DNA of 64,000 nt from the NCBI RefSeq assembly GCF_009914755.1, contig NC_060931.1. One strand, 5' to 3'. The notes under the pieces were generated by a model, which worked only from the letters and a program-made list of their open reading frames with translations, searched no databases and had not been told where the DNA came from. Source of the stretch: the human T2T-CHM13v2.0 reference genome, Homo sapiens. The translations under genes were made by a program, and so were the position numbers. Below are positions 13,370-30,007 of this stretch, in pieces (the first letter of the stretch is position 1; each line of letters opens with the position of its first letter).

Positions 13370-14850
13370 CCACCGCATAACACACAGAGACCACACACAC
13401 ATACACCACACCCCTCACAATCCCACACCACACACACATAATCACACACCCCCACACACACACCACACCCCTCACAACCCCACACCACACACACAAACAT
13501 CACACATACCCCCCACACACCACACACAAACACCACACACACACCACACACCACACCCCTTACAACCCCACACCACACACACATACATCACACACACCCC
13601 CACACTACACACACACCACACACACACTATACCCCACACCCCTCACAACCCCACACCACACACACATAATCACACACCCCCACACACACACCACACACAC
13701 CACACCCCTCACAACCCCACACCACACACACAAACATCACACACACCCCCCACACACCACACACAAACACCACACACACCACACACCACACCCCTCACAA
13801 CCCCACACCACACACATACATCACAAACACACCCCCAAACACCACACACAAACACCACACACACCACACCCTTCACAACCCCACGCCACACACACATAAT
13901 CACACCCCCCCCACACACCACACACATACCACACCCCTCATAACCCCACACCACACACATAATCACACACACACTACACACCAACACCACACACACACCA
14001 CACCCCTCACAACCCCACACCACACACACATAATCACACACCCCCCCACACACCACACACCAACACCACACACACACCACACACCACACCCTTCACAACC
14101 CCGCACCTCACACACATACATCACACACACACCCCCACACACCACACCCCTTACAACCCCACACCACACACACATACGTCACACACCCCCCACATACAGA
14201 AACACCACACACACCACACACCATGCACACCACACCCCTCACAACCCCACACCACACACATACATCACACACACCCCCACATCCCACACACAGCACACAC
14301 AGAAACACTACACACACCACACATCACGCATACATACACCACACCCCTCACAACCCCACACAACACATAAATACGTCACACACACACACACCACACACTA
14401 CACACACCACACGCCACATACACACCATACACACACCACACAGATACATCACACACACACCACACACAGATACACCACACACATCTCACACACACACACC
14501 ACACACCCCATACCACACATACATACATCTCTCTTATATACACACACACATCCTACACACACCCCACACACACCTCACACAGATACCACCACATGCACAC
14601 TCACCACATACACATATAACATACACACACCCCCCCACACAGATACCACACACACACACACAGAAAGCACACAGATACCACACACACCCCCACAGAAAGC
14701 ACACAGATACCACACACACCCCCACAGAAAGCACACAGATACCACACACACCCCCACAGAAAGCACGCAGATACCCCCCCCACACACACAGAAAGTGCAC
14801 GGATACCACACACACACACACACAGAAAGCGCACACAGCATTCACACCCC
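13370..14850. repeat. Complex CA-rich minisatellite
   Basis: About 13 degenerate units with core CCCCTCACAACCCCACACCACACACA (13400-14370), then about 6 units of CACAGAAAGCACACAGATACCACACACACCCC (14640-14830). Confidence 0.95.
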
Positions 14851-15494
14851 ACATATACTTCTTTGCACTTAAAAGCAGGAGCATGTCAAAGGCTGCCTGC
14901 GAAGCTGGCCAGTGCTCCAGGGAGGGCCGGATCATCTCTCACACAAAGTGATCAGGACCTTTGAAGACAGAGGCCCGGGCTTGTGGCTGTTTTCCTGCCA
15001 TTTCTCAACAAAGGAGGCTGCTGCCAGGTCTGTGGAAAATTACTGGTTCTTCTTTTTTGTGTTATTGGCTTTCAACTTGATACACCTAAGCTCTTTCTAA
15101 CAATTATGTGGTACCAAGGCATTTATTTCCCTATCTATGTTAATAAGGGAGGAGACAGGGTGAGGGCAAGAAGAGGGAAACGAAAATGAAAGAGCTCAGA
15201 TATGAGCATTTGGTAACTGGTTTGAACGCAATTAGTTGGTTGTCACTCTAATAAGGAATAAAATATTTATGAGCAGGCATTGAGAAAATATTGGGTCTGA
15301 AATGAGACTGGCATGCTTATCACCAAACTAGAGACTTGTGATAAAATGATCCACTGTAATCATTCATTCATTTGACAAATATTTACTGAGCATCTACTAT
15401 GGGTTTCTCATACCGCAATTTCCTGTTATAACTTCCACGAGGCGCTGCACAGGGCAGGGCACAGCTACCCTTTCCTCTCTTTATCCATGTTAGT

Positions 15495-15513
15495 CTTTCT
15501 TTCTTTCTTTCTC

Positions 15514-15581
<68 letters not shown>

Positions 15582-15633
15582 TTTCTCTTTCTTTCTTTCT
15601 GTCTCTCTCTCTCTCTCTCTCTTTCTTTCTGTG

Positions 15634-15664
<31 letters not shown>

Positions 15665-15784
15665 CCTTTCTTCTTTTGAGACAGGATTTTGCTCTGCCAC
15701 TCAGGCTGGAGTGCAGTGGCCAGATCTCGGCTCACCGGAAGCTCCGCCTCCCAGGTTCAAGCAATTCTCTTGCTTCAGCCTCTC
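15495..15784 (-). mobile_element. Partial Alu with its tail expanded into a (TTTC)n/(TC)n microsatellite
   Basis: About 180 bp pyrimidine tract, then Alu right-arm sequence. Confidence 0.88.
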
Positions 15785-15818
15785 CAACAGATATTCTTTT
15801 ATGCTTCTCTATTCATAG

Positions 15819-16270
<452 letters not shown>

Positions 16271-16287
16271 CTGATTTTATATCTGAA

Positions 16288-16301
16288 CACACACACACAC
16301 C

Positions 16302-16333
<32 letters not shown>

Positions 16334-16340
16334 CACACAC
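16288..16340. repeat. (CA)n microsatellite
   Basis: Seen directly. Confidence 0.95.
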
Positions 16341-16543
16341 TGGATTCCTCTTGAATATCATTTTGTAATCTGCTCTTATTGAAGTCGAATTTAGACACAG
16401 TAAAATGAACTCTCTTTGGTAAACAGTGCCATGAGTTTGACAAATGCATACAGTTGAATCATTGCTCCTATGGTCTGTAGTCTTATCGTATATACTTTGC
16501 TGTACATTATAAACATATTTCTGTGTCACTAAAGGTAGATCTC

Positions 16544-16753
16544 TTTTTTTGTTTTGTTTTGTTTGTTGTTATTGTTGTTTTTGAGATGAAGTCTCGCTCT
16601 GTTGCCCAAGCTGGAATGCAGTGACGCAATCTTGGCTCACTGCAGCCTCTGCCTCCCAAGTTCAAGCAATTCTCCTGTCAGCCTCCTGAGTAGCTGGGAC
16701 TACAGGCATGCACCACCACGCCTGGCTAATTTTTGTATTTTTAGTAGATGGGG
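16544..16753 (-). mobile_element. Partial Alu
   Basis: Right arm and linker only. Confidence 0.88.
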
Positions 16754-17399
16754 TAATTCAGTGCATGGTATGCCATCAGATGGATGCAAGCTAATTCATT
16801 TTACCAGCGGAAACTTTTATCATATACCCTCCACCCCAATATTTGTCCTCAGGACGGGAGGATGGAGACACCCTCCTCCTGTCAGTTCACACAACCTTGG
16901 CAGCTCAGGAGGTCATCGGCTGCCCTACTAAGCATGTGTGTGGAATAAAATCTATTCTAGATGAATGCTAGGGAATGGGTGCTCTGATTAACTGGGATCT
17001 TCTGGTTAATAGAGGTTCTTTTCCAGGTATTTTCCTTTGTAGTTGAACATCTTTCAGAGCCCACTTTCTTGTTAAGTTGCATATAAATACATCCAATGTA
17101 TTAAGACAGTAAAGCCAGAAGCGGTTTCAGAGTTCATCAAGTTAGCTTCTTGTAATACAGCATGATGCTTTATTCAATCACCCGATGATCTGGAATCATG
17201 CTGGGCCATCCTTACACTGGCCTGGGACCGCTGTGGAGAATGTGGGAAGAGAGTGGGCAGGATCTATACTGACTCCAGGATGCACTTGACTTTGATTCCT
17301 TGAATAAAATCTCTGATAAGAACTTGCCTTGCTGTCCTGTAACTCTGTGTTTGGTCATTTAAAAAATCTTTTTAAAATACAACTTTTCCTTTTGTTTTT

Positions 17400-18300
<901 letters not shown>

Positions 18301-18778
18301 GTTTTGGATGGCACTTTGCCAATCTGGACTTTTCAGCTCAATATACATGATAAATAGGCAGGCTTTAGGCCTGGCTATCCATTTTTGGCCACTTTATCAC
18401 TGGCTACCAGCATGTGAACAAGTCTTGCAGGAATAGCATAAGATTATGGCACACATTGATTTTCAGCTTTTGACTGTGTTTTCAATAATCAGATATAGGT
18501 GAAACTGTTTAAGTACAAGATAGAGGCCCAATTTGACAGACTTTGAACCCCAAGATCATTTTAAGAGTCAGGGACGGAATGGTCATTTGATAGATGGGAT
18601 AAATATATCCTGGGGGATAAAACAAAGCTGTCTTTGATCCTCCTCTTTTTAGTTTGTTCCTGATACTTTACATGGCCATCTTTTCATATACCCATTGTTT
18701 ACAGAATCAGAAGGGTAAGATGCTATTCTGTGCAGAGAATGATAAGAACTAGTACCTAATAACTGCTAGAAAGAAGGG

Positions 18779-19079
18779 GGCCGGGCGCAGTGGCTCACGC
18801 CTGTAATCCCAGCACTTTGGGAGGCTGAGGCAGGCAGCTCACCTGAGGGTGAGAGTTCGAGACCAGCCTGACCAACATGGAGAAGCCCCGTCTCTACTAA
18901 AAATACAAAATTAGCCAGGTGTGGTGGCGCATGCCTGTAATCCCAGCTACTCAGGAAGCTGAGGCAGGAGAATCACTTGAAACCAGGAAGCGGAGGTTGC
19001 GGTGAGCGGAGATCACACCATTGCACTCCAGCCGGGGCAACAAGAGTGAAACTCTGTCTCGAGAAAAAAAAAAAAAAAA
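18779..19079 (+). mobile_element. Alu (S-like)
   Basis: GGCCGGGCGCAGTGGCTCACGCC... followed by poly-A. Confidence 0.94.
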
Positions 19080-20391
19080 TAGAAAGTAGGGATATACACA
19101 AACTCTTCTAAAACCAAAGACATCATTTTTGGGGGATCAGACCCTGATATTTAACCAGAATCTAGCCAATAATTTTCTTTGATCAACTCATCCAACTGAT
19201 ACACAGGAAGGTTAGAAATTCTGAGGGCATTATTCTGATTTTTTGTGTGTGGCTATTTAAATCCGTGAGGTGGGCATTTAATACTTACTTTAAAATTTGC
19301 TCAGCATTTGTGGGACGCCACTTTTACTCATTTGTTGGGGAGTGAGCATCCTTCTATTCTTGTTCCTTTTGAGGTGATTCTTAGCCCTGCCTGTGAGCAC
19401 TGGCTGAGCCTAGAGTTGGAGGAAGGTGGGCTGTGTTTACCGTCATTCAGGCTCTTGAGGGGACAATCAGCCCTCCTGTGGCCTAGGTCTTGGTGGCCAG
19501 CAAGCGAGCATCCCCCAGGCATGCCCCTCAGGTTTGTACCCTTTGGTAGCCACACCATGCTTCCCCCACGGCTGGAGCAGAAAGGCTCTAGTGATGTGGT
19601 ATTGCCTGAGAGTAAATGGCCCATCCCTCCCCATAGAGGAGCAGCTTTCAACATTTTACAAGTGGCAGAACAACTCCCCGACTTCTTTTTCTTCTTCTTC
19701 TTAATAAAGAAATGTCGTGAGCAAGTCCAGGACATACAACAGATAAAAGTGGAGCTTCTCTGGTTGAAGCCAGGATAATGGGATGGGAGTGGAGCCGGGA
19801 GGGGACAGAGTCCCACCCTCTGGCTCCCCTTGCTTTGTGAAGAGACCAGAGGAGAGCTACTTTACAGAACTGTACTTTGGATCCTTGATGAGAAACAGCT
19901 CTTACTGCAGGATACTGCTAAGGACATTGTTCTCCTCCTATACAGCACCCTTTCTAGAAAGACCATAGAATAAATTTCTCATGGGTCTCACTTCCAAAAA
20001 ATCCTCGTCATTTTCCTCCTTTTCTTTCTTCCTTTTTTTTTTTTTGGAGTGCTTGATTTATTTTTCTTGTATTATGGAAGCCATGGCTTACTGCCCCTTT
20101 TAGCATCGCACAGAGCTGCCCTTCTGGCAGTTTCTCAGGAATGCCCTGCACATATTTTATGAATTATAGAAATTAAATCAGGAATCCAGGTATAATTTCT
20201 ACTTTATTTCCCTATTGTCCCAAATTTCACTTTGTTTTTATTAAATCTTCTATCCTATACATGTATGTACACTACCTCAAATCCTTTCTGGAACAAAACA
20301 GGATAAAAATAAACACATGAATGTGTAACCATAATTAAAAACCAACAAACCATCAAATAGCCTTCTGCAGCCACCATGTGACTGTGCTTAC

Positions 20392-20468
20392 CTCGTTGGG
20401 GTGGAATCCATCCACGGGCTCGATGAGCTGCCAGGGCTGTCCGCCTCTCTTCTGCCACTCCTGTATGA
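20392..20468 (-). CDS. AOAH: AOAH coding exon (approx. exon 20), (I)IQEWQKRGGQPWQLIEPVDGFHPNE
   Basis: cctgcag|TCATACAG...AACGAG|gtaagc; 77 nt; catalytic DxxH motif (DGFH). Confidence 0.96.
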
Positions 20469-22584
20469 CTGCAGGGCACATAACGAGAGGGTTACAGACA
20501 CACTTGCACAAGCAACGGCCAATATCCAAGGACAAGGACGTGAGAACTGCCCATGCCCTCCCGGGCCCATGTTGACCAAGCCACGGCTGCCTCTGAGCTG
20601 CTCTCTTGCACTGGGGGATTTCTGAACAGAAATGATCTTCCCGCTGTGTGTGTGCTTTTTCTAACTCAGGAAGGGAATACGTGAGAGCATTGGATGAATG
20701 TGGTTTGTGTAGCAGGGAGGGCAGTAGGAAAAGGTGAGCTCTAAAATAGTCAACATCTATTTCAGTACATGTCATTTTTTGGTGGTGCAGTAGGATGGTA
20801 TTACAGTAGGGAAAAATCCAACATTTTGTTAACATCCCCTTTCATGGGTTGCCATTTGCAGACTCTGCCTGCATGTGTCAAGCACTTGCCTTTAAAAATC
20901 ATACAGTATGTCAGGAATATAATTACATAAAATTATCTCATCGCCACATTTGGAGGGAGTATGGCTGCAGAAAAAATATTACGAGCCCCAGAATGATGAA
21001 AAGCAATGAAACTGTCCTTCAACAGGGATGAGAGACCAAGAATGTCAGTTGCTCCAAGGCAACAGCACAATTAACTCTACGTCATTCCATCATACAGTCA
21101 GTAAGAACTCCTCAAGGAAACTTCAAATCCCTAGGAAGCCTCCGGAGAGCAGCATCTGAGCCAGCTGCTCCCGGCAAAGCTACGCCCTCACTTGCCCAGC
21201 GTCCAGTGAGGGGGGCAGGCACAACTAAGATTCCTCCCGTTCTTTACTCTTCATTCCCCAGAAAACTCAAGAACATAGGTCTGTGACCTGTTTCTCCCCT
21301 TCTCATCCCAAAGGAAGGACGGAAATTCTGTCAGGGGCTTTGATTGGACAAGACGGGCTGGACTTCCCAGGGCTGGGTCAATACAAGGCTGCTTTTACAA
21401 TTAGTCCTAATATCCCAGCATGGCATCCCCACTTACTACTCAACCTCCATTCCCCAGGGGCTGAGGATAATGCTGCCCTTCTCAAAGCTCAGGAAAAAAA
21501 TTCATACTGATGGTTTGGAGTCCTACACACTGAATCGCCAGCCCCTGTTAGCTTATTCTCTGGCAGAAAGACTGCCCCTGAGCCACAGCATCATATTATG
21601 CTTCTGGGTTTTACTAGAGGCTGTTGGAAGAAATAGCTATTGGTAAGTGGCCTCTGCATTTCTTGAAAACTCAAATTGAGGACACTGTTCACTGTGTTAT
21701 ATGGTGTCCGCCACACAGAGTCTCCAGGGAGAAGTTGTGGCGTGCTGGTAAATAGCACTTCTATCTGAAGGAATGGTAGGTACCTGCTCTTCTAATAGGA
21801 AGCTCAGAGCTGCATCGATGCTTAAACAGCACTCACTCTCATGAAAGTTTATTTGTTCTGCCAAGCCAGCATGCAGCTTTCAACAATTTCTTTCTTGCCC
21901 TTGGCCATAGTGTCTTGTAAAGGCACAGTTTTGGGGAAGCTTGCCTGGCTCAGTCTTCAGTTTGCCTGGCCTGTTTTGCCTGTTTTTTTTTTTTTTTTTT
22001 TTTTTGGCATGTCCTTGGAATGCAACCTTCTTCTTGAGGTTCAATTCTAGCTGCCTCACATTTCCCTCTGGACTTGACACTCTGAAGCTCCTGTGGGTTC
22101 CAGACTGCCCTGCTGGCTGCGATGCTGGCCCTGCCTGCTCAGGAATGCTATCCAGCCCATCCCCTGCCATTCCCAATCTGAACATCCAACAAATTGCCAT
22201 CAATGGAGAACCAGCCATCTGGAAAGATTTCTTCAAATGCAGAGAGCCAGGATCACCACCACTGAGCCCTCTCAGTTCTCTTTGTCCTTTTATGGTCTTT
22301 GTCCCATCTCTCCTTGCAGTCCCACAGGAGTCTCTCAAACAAAAATCAGCAACGATGCAGAAAGGCCCGGGCCAGGTGAAATGTCAGCCTCCCCATCCCC
22401 TCCGTGACTTCAGAGATGACATCATCTCCATTCTACTTGTGCTCCTTTTTGCTTCACCAAAGTTCTTGATTAACGTTTTGTCCCTTTTCCCACTTTTCCC
22501 TTTATTTTTATTTGGGTTTCACCTTATGTTGTACAGATGCTAACAGAAGAAAGAAAAGAAAGAATGAAAGACAATCGCAACAGG

Positions 22585-23292
<708 letters not shown>

Positions 23293-23938
23293 TTATTAAA
23301 AAATTCCCAGGTATGCTAATAACAGCAGGCCAATGGGAATTGAGCCTCATCAAGACTTCAGACAGAGCCTACTAAAAAGTTGTGAAGAGTTGGATGAATA
23401 AGACATGAGGCAGAGTCCTCTTGTAATAAATAGATGCACAGCAAACCATGGACCTGACCTGGACTCTCCTGGGGTCATCTGATGCAGTGGTGGTAGGAAG
23501 CCTCTTAAATACTTTCTGACTCTCCATGTTTGCAAAGAGAGTTGAATGACATGTTGAATCAAAGCCCATGCCTGAGATGGCTAATAAAAAGTCTAGAAAA
23601 GGATTATGGTGATCAGGAGCTCTGGAAAATCCACAGTAGAAAGCAAATTTGAACCTGTTAGGGAAACACAGTTTAAACAATATCATGTTCCTTGAGAAGA
23701 ATGTTTACTAGGAGCCTGATATTACAAAGGTGAGATTTGCTTATACATGAGTTTCTTAGACTGTGATTCAATTTTGGCATCTAGGCTTAAAGTAATTCTA
23801 GGCTATTTTCATTTTGATTTGCATTTTTTGTGTGTTACTAATTACCAAACTGAAAACTATGGCCCTTAGAGAAAGAAAGAGAGGTGTTGATAGATGTCTT
23901 CATGGAACAAGATAATTCAGATATCAGAGTTAGTGATG

Positions 23939-24180
23939 CAGGTTGAGCATCCCACATCCAAAAAGCCAAAATCCAAAATGCTCTAAAATTCAAAACTTTT
24001 TGAGTGCCAACATGATGCTGAAAGGAAATGCTTACTGGAAAATTTTGGATTTTGTGTGTAGGATGATCAACTGGTAAGTATACATAATGCATATATTCCA
24101 AAATCCAAAAACATCCCCCAAAATCCAAAATCTGAAACACTTCTGGTCCCAAGCATTCAGGATAAGGATATTCAACCTAT
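23939..24180. mobile_element. Tigger4a/MER46-like MITE
   Basis: Terminal inverted repeats caggttgagcatcc / ggatattcaacct. Confidence 0.8.
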
Positions 24181-26949
24181 ACTGTGTTTTCAAAATGAGA
24201 AGAGATGACCATTCCCTTCTCCTTCCCTTGGAGACTTGAGCAATCCCATAATTGTGGGGATCATAAAAGGAAAACTCAGGAGAAAAAGCACAAAGAAAGA
24301 GGAGGGATATTTACTTGCCAAGCTTTGCGGGGGAATAGGAGCGTACCCTAGGGTTGGGGGCAGTGGGAGAGGTCCACCTTTTATCATCACCATAGTCCAG
24401 CAATTCTAAATAATGTCGATGATAACACATTCCTGCCTGCTAGGAAATTATTCCTGTCTCTCAACCCCCATCCCTTCTCTACATTAGGCAGCAACTACAA
24501 GGGAGTCCAGCCTTTGGAAGAACTTGCTTGCCATATAAAATAATACAATAGGTGTTAAAAGAAAATGCTCCAAGTTTATTAAGACTACAACCTGTTTATT
24601 TACAGAGGTAAACATCATTTTTTTCCCCCATATGATTATTATGTCTGTGAGGGATATGGGTCATCACATACATGTAGCCATCAGGACAGTAAAACTTAAG
24701 GGAGCTTCAGTAACTCACAGGCAAGTGTTTATTTAGGATTTTATCTGTATCGTGACCAATGTCAAAGGAAAGATCCTTTTTTTGTTTATCTCAGGATGAA
24801 ATTCTGCTTTCTTGGGAGAAATGCAATACCAGACACTGGTCTTTACTTTTTCCTTGATTGATTTTAGAGTGGGAGGTCCATTCAAAGATAACATGGTAAG
24901 TTGGTCAGCTTCCTTTCTACTTTGGACCATAACTTAAAATAGACCAATGAATTCCTATTTGTTCTTCAGAATATCTGGATTAAGTTTCTTGAATGATCAT
25001 GGATGATCTGTGGAGATTTGGAGCATAATGTATTTTGTTTTGTTTTCTTCTTCTTTAATGTAGTTTATTTGTAAAGTCAAAGAAGCTGCTAATGACCAGC
25101 TTTTCAAAGATGTAATAGAAACAAGGGAGGAAGACTCATAAAACACTTGTTCATCAAACACTGTTTGATGAACAGCAACACTAGCAGATATTTTAAAGAA
25201 AAGGCTGCTTTCTGGCCAGCCCCATAAAGTCATTGGCTGATTTTACAAATGTATTCATGGTGCGGGGAACCAAGAGCCAGGTTTATGCCAATTGAGCTGT
25301 CTGGGAAGTTGAGGGCAGCTGGAGGTATATTTAAACTGTCAGTGTAAAAATGGCTTTGTCAGCCAAGTGGCATTTTCTTTCCTCTGTTGGGGAGGTGTGG
25401 TGCAGACAAAGAAAAAGAATATCACCTGCTCAAGTTGGCATTTCCTGAAGGGAGGAAAAGTTGCTGCCTCTGTTTAGTTCATAACCAGTTGGAGAATGAG
25501 TCAGCAAGAGACAGAAAGTCTTTGGAGATGAGTAATCATCTTTCAGTGCTGGACTGAGGCTGTCAGGGTGGAAAATGAATGGGTCTTGTGCCTACCCTCA
25601 AGTGACAGGGACCCTTAACTGCAATTTGCTCTGTCACAAGGATGTGAAATTGTGAATTTTAGTATCATGAAAAATGAGAATATTTTTGACACAATTGTCA
25701 GATCACATACAGTACCAAAATGAGAGGAGAGATTTTCATGGGACTATCAGGACTGCAGACTTAATAAGTGACTCTGTAGGATTTTAATTTCTGATAAAAG
25801 ATTACTTTTCTTCTTGGTAATGGATGCATTTCTACCATACCTTCCTCGAAGGAACTCAAAGTACTTCACAGGCGTGAATGGAGCTGGGGGGTGGGTTGGA
25901 CATCAGGAGTGAAGGAGTTGCTTCATACACACGGATGATGGTGGTGGCGGGGGACGGCCACTAACAGTTACTGAGTCTTTGCAACTTTACAAGTTTTGTT
26001 TTACTTAATCTTTACGTGGGTTAGTTATTTCTATCCTACATACAAGGAAACAAAGGCTGGGTGGTTATTTAATTCACTTGAGGTCACCCAGCTATTCTGT
26101 GTCTGAGCTGGAATAGGAAGACAGTTGTAAATTCTGGGCTCTTTCTATAACCACACATCGTACCCACATGGGGTGGGTTTCTGGGAAGATGAGCTGCCCA
26201 GGCACGGGTGGTTACCCACAGAGATGGATCTGGGAGGGGATTATCCCTCCCACTGCTTTGGAAAATGCTAAAATTTCAAGTTAAAAATGTCTTTTGCAGT
26301 ACCTGACTCTGAGCTTAAGTCAGGACACTACCACGGTTCCTGAAAACCAGATAGAAATGCTAGCTCTTTCAGAGGTGGACATGGCGGCACCTAGACATCA
26401 AATGCAGGTGCTGTATCAGATGTTCATGGAGGCAGGTCCCACAGTGGTCTCACTGTGCCCACATGCCTTCCCTAGTGGGGTGCCCACTAACTTCCTGAGG
26501 AGAAGATGAAGAAGGCCCTGCACCAAAACTGGATCTTCACATTTATTTTAAACAAATAGCAGGAGATTACAAAACAGGAAGTTCCTTGAACTGTTGATGG
26601 GAATCGCCAAGCATGGAGAAATGCCTAGGAGCTTTCTCCCACGTTGATGTAGAATGTTCAGTTCAGCTTAATTCAACTTTTTGCTTTTTCACTGTGTTTA
26701 TTATTGCTGTGAGGACAAGAAAGGGCTGATGAGGCCCTGCTTCCAAGCATATCAGTTCACCAGTGGAATTCTGGACAGACAAGAATAAAGCTCTTCTCTC
26801 TATATCCTCCACAGAGATAAGGACTCTTCTGCTTTGTTGACGATTATGTTCCCAGCACCTTCATAGCTCCTGGCACATAGCAGGACTTATAAATCTGATG
26901 ACTGACCCAGCTCTTAATCTTGAGGCATTATAGAGCTCCATTTATTAAA

Positions 26950-27215
26950 CTTTATTTTTATTTTTATAGAGATGAGGTCTCTCTCTGTCAACCAGGCTGG
27001 AGTTGAGTGACGTGATCACAACTCACTGCAGCCTCAACCACCCAGGCTCAAGTGATCCCCCCATCTCAACCTCCAGAGTAGCTGGGACTACAAGCATGCA
27101 CCACCATGCCTGGCTAATAAAAAAAGATGTTTTGTTTTTAGAGATGGGGTCTTGCAATGTTGCCCAGGCTGGTCTTGACCTCCTGGACTTGAGCGATCCT
27201 CCCATCTCAGCTTCA
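26950..27215 (-). mobile_element. Alu (J-like, 5' truncated)
   Basis: Reverse Alu. Confidence 0.88.
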
Positions 27216-27224
27216 CAAACCATT

Positions 27225-27385
27225 TACAAAATTTTAATGGGCATAGAGATGACCTGTGGATTGTGTTTGAATGCAGGTTCTGATTAGGTAGGTCTGGAGT
27301 AGGGCCTGGAATTCTGCATTTATAACCAGCTCCTGGGTGGTGTTGATTTTGCTTATCCAAAAGCATACATTGAGTAGCAAGGGTG
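27225..27385. mobile_element. MER5-like relic
   Basis: gcaggttctgattaggtaggtctggagtagggcctggaattctgcatttataacc. Confidence 0.65.
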
Positions 27386-28773
27386 TAAGGAAATGGTACC
27401 TTTTCTGTGTACCAGGCATAACATTTAGGAGGATGACACATTATTTCATAGAATCATCACAGAGATTTGTTAGGAAGATATGGTATCCCCATTTCCAGGG
27501 CTGGAAATGGAGTTTAAAAATATTCAGAGAATTGCCTGCAGTCCCAGAGATAATAAATGACAGAGCTAGTGATCACTCTGGAAAGTAAAAAAAAAAAGTC
27601 CCATGTGAGTGTTAGACATTATTATATTTTTAATAACTTTATCTATATTCAAGGTTGATGATGATCAAAGATCACTTGGTGGTGCATTTGTTTACACCAG
27701 GAATTCATTAATGGGTCTTTAACTCTGCATTTTAATGAGAAGTTATTTATCAAAATGTCTCTCCCCATGAGAGAAATGTGTATCACCTAGGCAGGAAATC
27801 TAGTTAAGGGAGACCAGTCTTGTTGAAAGGATGTTCAGAATTGAACTACTAGAGTCTGCAATGCAAAACATGTCAGTGAATGTAATATTTGATAATTCAT
27901 GATGGCCATCTGCTCCAACCCAGATGCTGCGGATGGGGGGCACTGGGGATGGGGGACAGAGATGATAAACTCTGGATGAGGAATCTTCCATCTTTCGCCT
28001 ACACTGTGAAACCCTTCATTAGCATTATCTCATCTGGCAGTCAACAGGGGGCTTTGCTCTTGTATAAAAATTGCTTAGCAATGAAAATGAATCAGGAAAG
28101 ATTACAGTCAATAAGCAATAATTTTTCAGACTCAAGATGTAAAGAGTAAATCAGTAGCTATAGTAATCATGCCTGTTTTTGTGTGGCCACTCAGCAGTGA
28201 CTCCGGTGTTTGGACAGAATGCTAAAAAAGCAACTTAGTAATATTCCTTCCAGAAAGTTGGGACATGGGTTGATCACTTTGCCATGGGCAAGTTCTTTGG
28301 TCCCTCCCTTAGAGGTTCTGATTAAGTTCATCCTGTATGGGGTGTGGGAATCTGCACTGCTCCTGAGTCCCTGGGTATTTCAGGGCCCACTGTGAGAGGT
28401 GCCACCATATCCCTCATTTCTGTCACATCCATCAGGTAACCAGGGCTTTTAACCCGACAAGAACAGGTTAGTGAGTGCATTAACCTGTAGGTTGCCAGCT
28501 CAAAGCTCTTTCTAACCAGTCACTGGCTCTATTGCATCAGGGATTCTAAAATGATGGTGAAGTACAGAGGTAATGCTGAACCCAACTTTTTCAGAAAAAG
28601 TCCCACATTTTATCTTTTTTTCAATACTGAGAGCTATTAGTGTGTCAGAATAGGCAAGAGTAACCCTGCCGAATCTGCTGCCTGGTGGCTTATAAAAGTA
28701 TAAAACCAGTTGCCCAGGCCCTAAACTAGCTGCTGCTTTCATCTTCTGTCAATACCCAAACAAAGCTACTTAC

Positions 28774-28870
28774 TTTCATGGAAGGCAAAATCCATGTAGA
28801 AAAGATTGAAGTTTGTAAATTTCTCACTGGCTGCAATTTTTTTCAGTGTGTTGGAGAGTTGCTCTGCTCT
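28774..28870 (-). CDS. AOAH: AOAH coding exon (approx. exon 19), RAEQLSNTLKKIAASEKFTNFNLFYMDFAFHE(I)
   Basis: ctcttcag|AGAGCA...CATGAAA|gtaagt; 97 nt. Confidence 0.96.
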
Positions 28871-29039
28871 CTGAAGAGAGAGGAAACAGGGAGAATTTCA
28901 TGAAATCTAGACTTTGGCTTTAGTGAGACAATTCAGGCAGAACAAAGAAATCGATCTTCCCCATCCTACTCTACTTTCATTTCTCCAAGCCATCAGCAGA
29001 CAGCAGCTCTGCACATTAAATTCTAGTCACGTACAAATG

Positions 29040-29690
29040 GCCAGTGAACATGAGACAAATGTTAATGTTCATTAGGAATCAAATCAGTGTAAATTAGTGA
29101 TACTAGTTTTAACACCCTTGGGACTGGCAAAGGTAAGATAACCATGATATTGAATGTTGTCATGGGTAGGTGAATGAGAATGTCATTAGCTTAACCTTTC
29201 TAGAGAGCAATTTGGCAATATGGATCAAATCCTTAAACATGGACATACCCTTTGGCCCAGTAATTCTTCTAGGAATTTGTCTCAAGGAAATTGAGATGTA
29301 CACAGAGACTTACACCTTTAGATATACGATGGCTCATCACAATGCTATTTATCATAGTGTAAATTTGGAAACAATCTAAATGTCCAACAACAAAAGATGA
29401 AATAAATCATAATATAGTCATGTATAAACTTTAGAATGGTTACAACATTATGGTGTGGAGAAACAATCTATGAACATTGGAAAGCATAAAAGAGTATGTG
29501 CATTCTCATACTATGTAGGCAAAAACCAAATATATTGATCTCTAGAAGTGGTAATGGGAAGACATACACATATACTAACTTTGGGTGGTGGAATTTTGCG
29601 TGATATTTGTTATTGTTCTTTATGCTTTTTTGTGTTCTCCAAGTTCTAAAAAATTGAAATATGCTTTTTATGTAAAAAATGTTCAATAAG
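29040..29690 (+). mobile_element. Old L1M fragment
   Basis: Degenerate L1 ORF2 3' end and 3'UTR text. Confidence 0.6.
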
Positions 29691-29691
29691 T

Positions 29692-30007
<316 letters not shown>

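Noticed and set aside
13348-14951. Long His/Thr/Pro- and Cys/Val/Gly-rich ORFs (up to 242 aa)
   Set aside because: By-products of the CA/TG minisatellite, which lacks stop codons; no splice or codon evidence.
21880-22543. Overlapping 152-aa and 200-aa ORFs in unique intronic sequence
   Set aside because: Non-ATG or weak starts, span a poly-T run, and show no recognisable domain.
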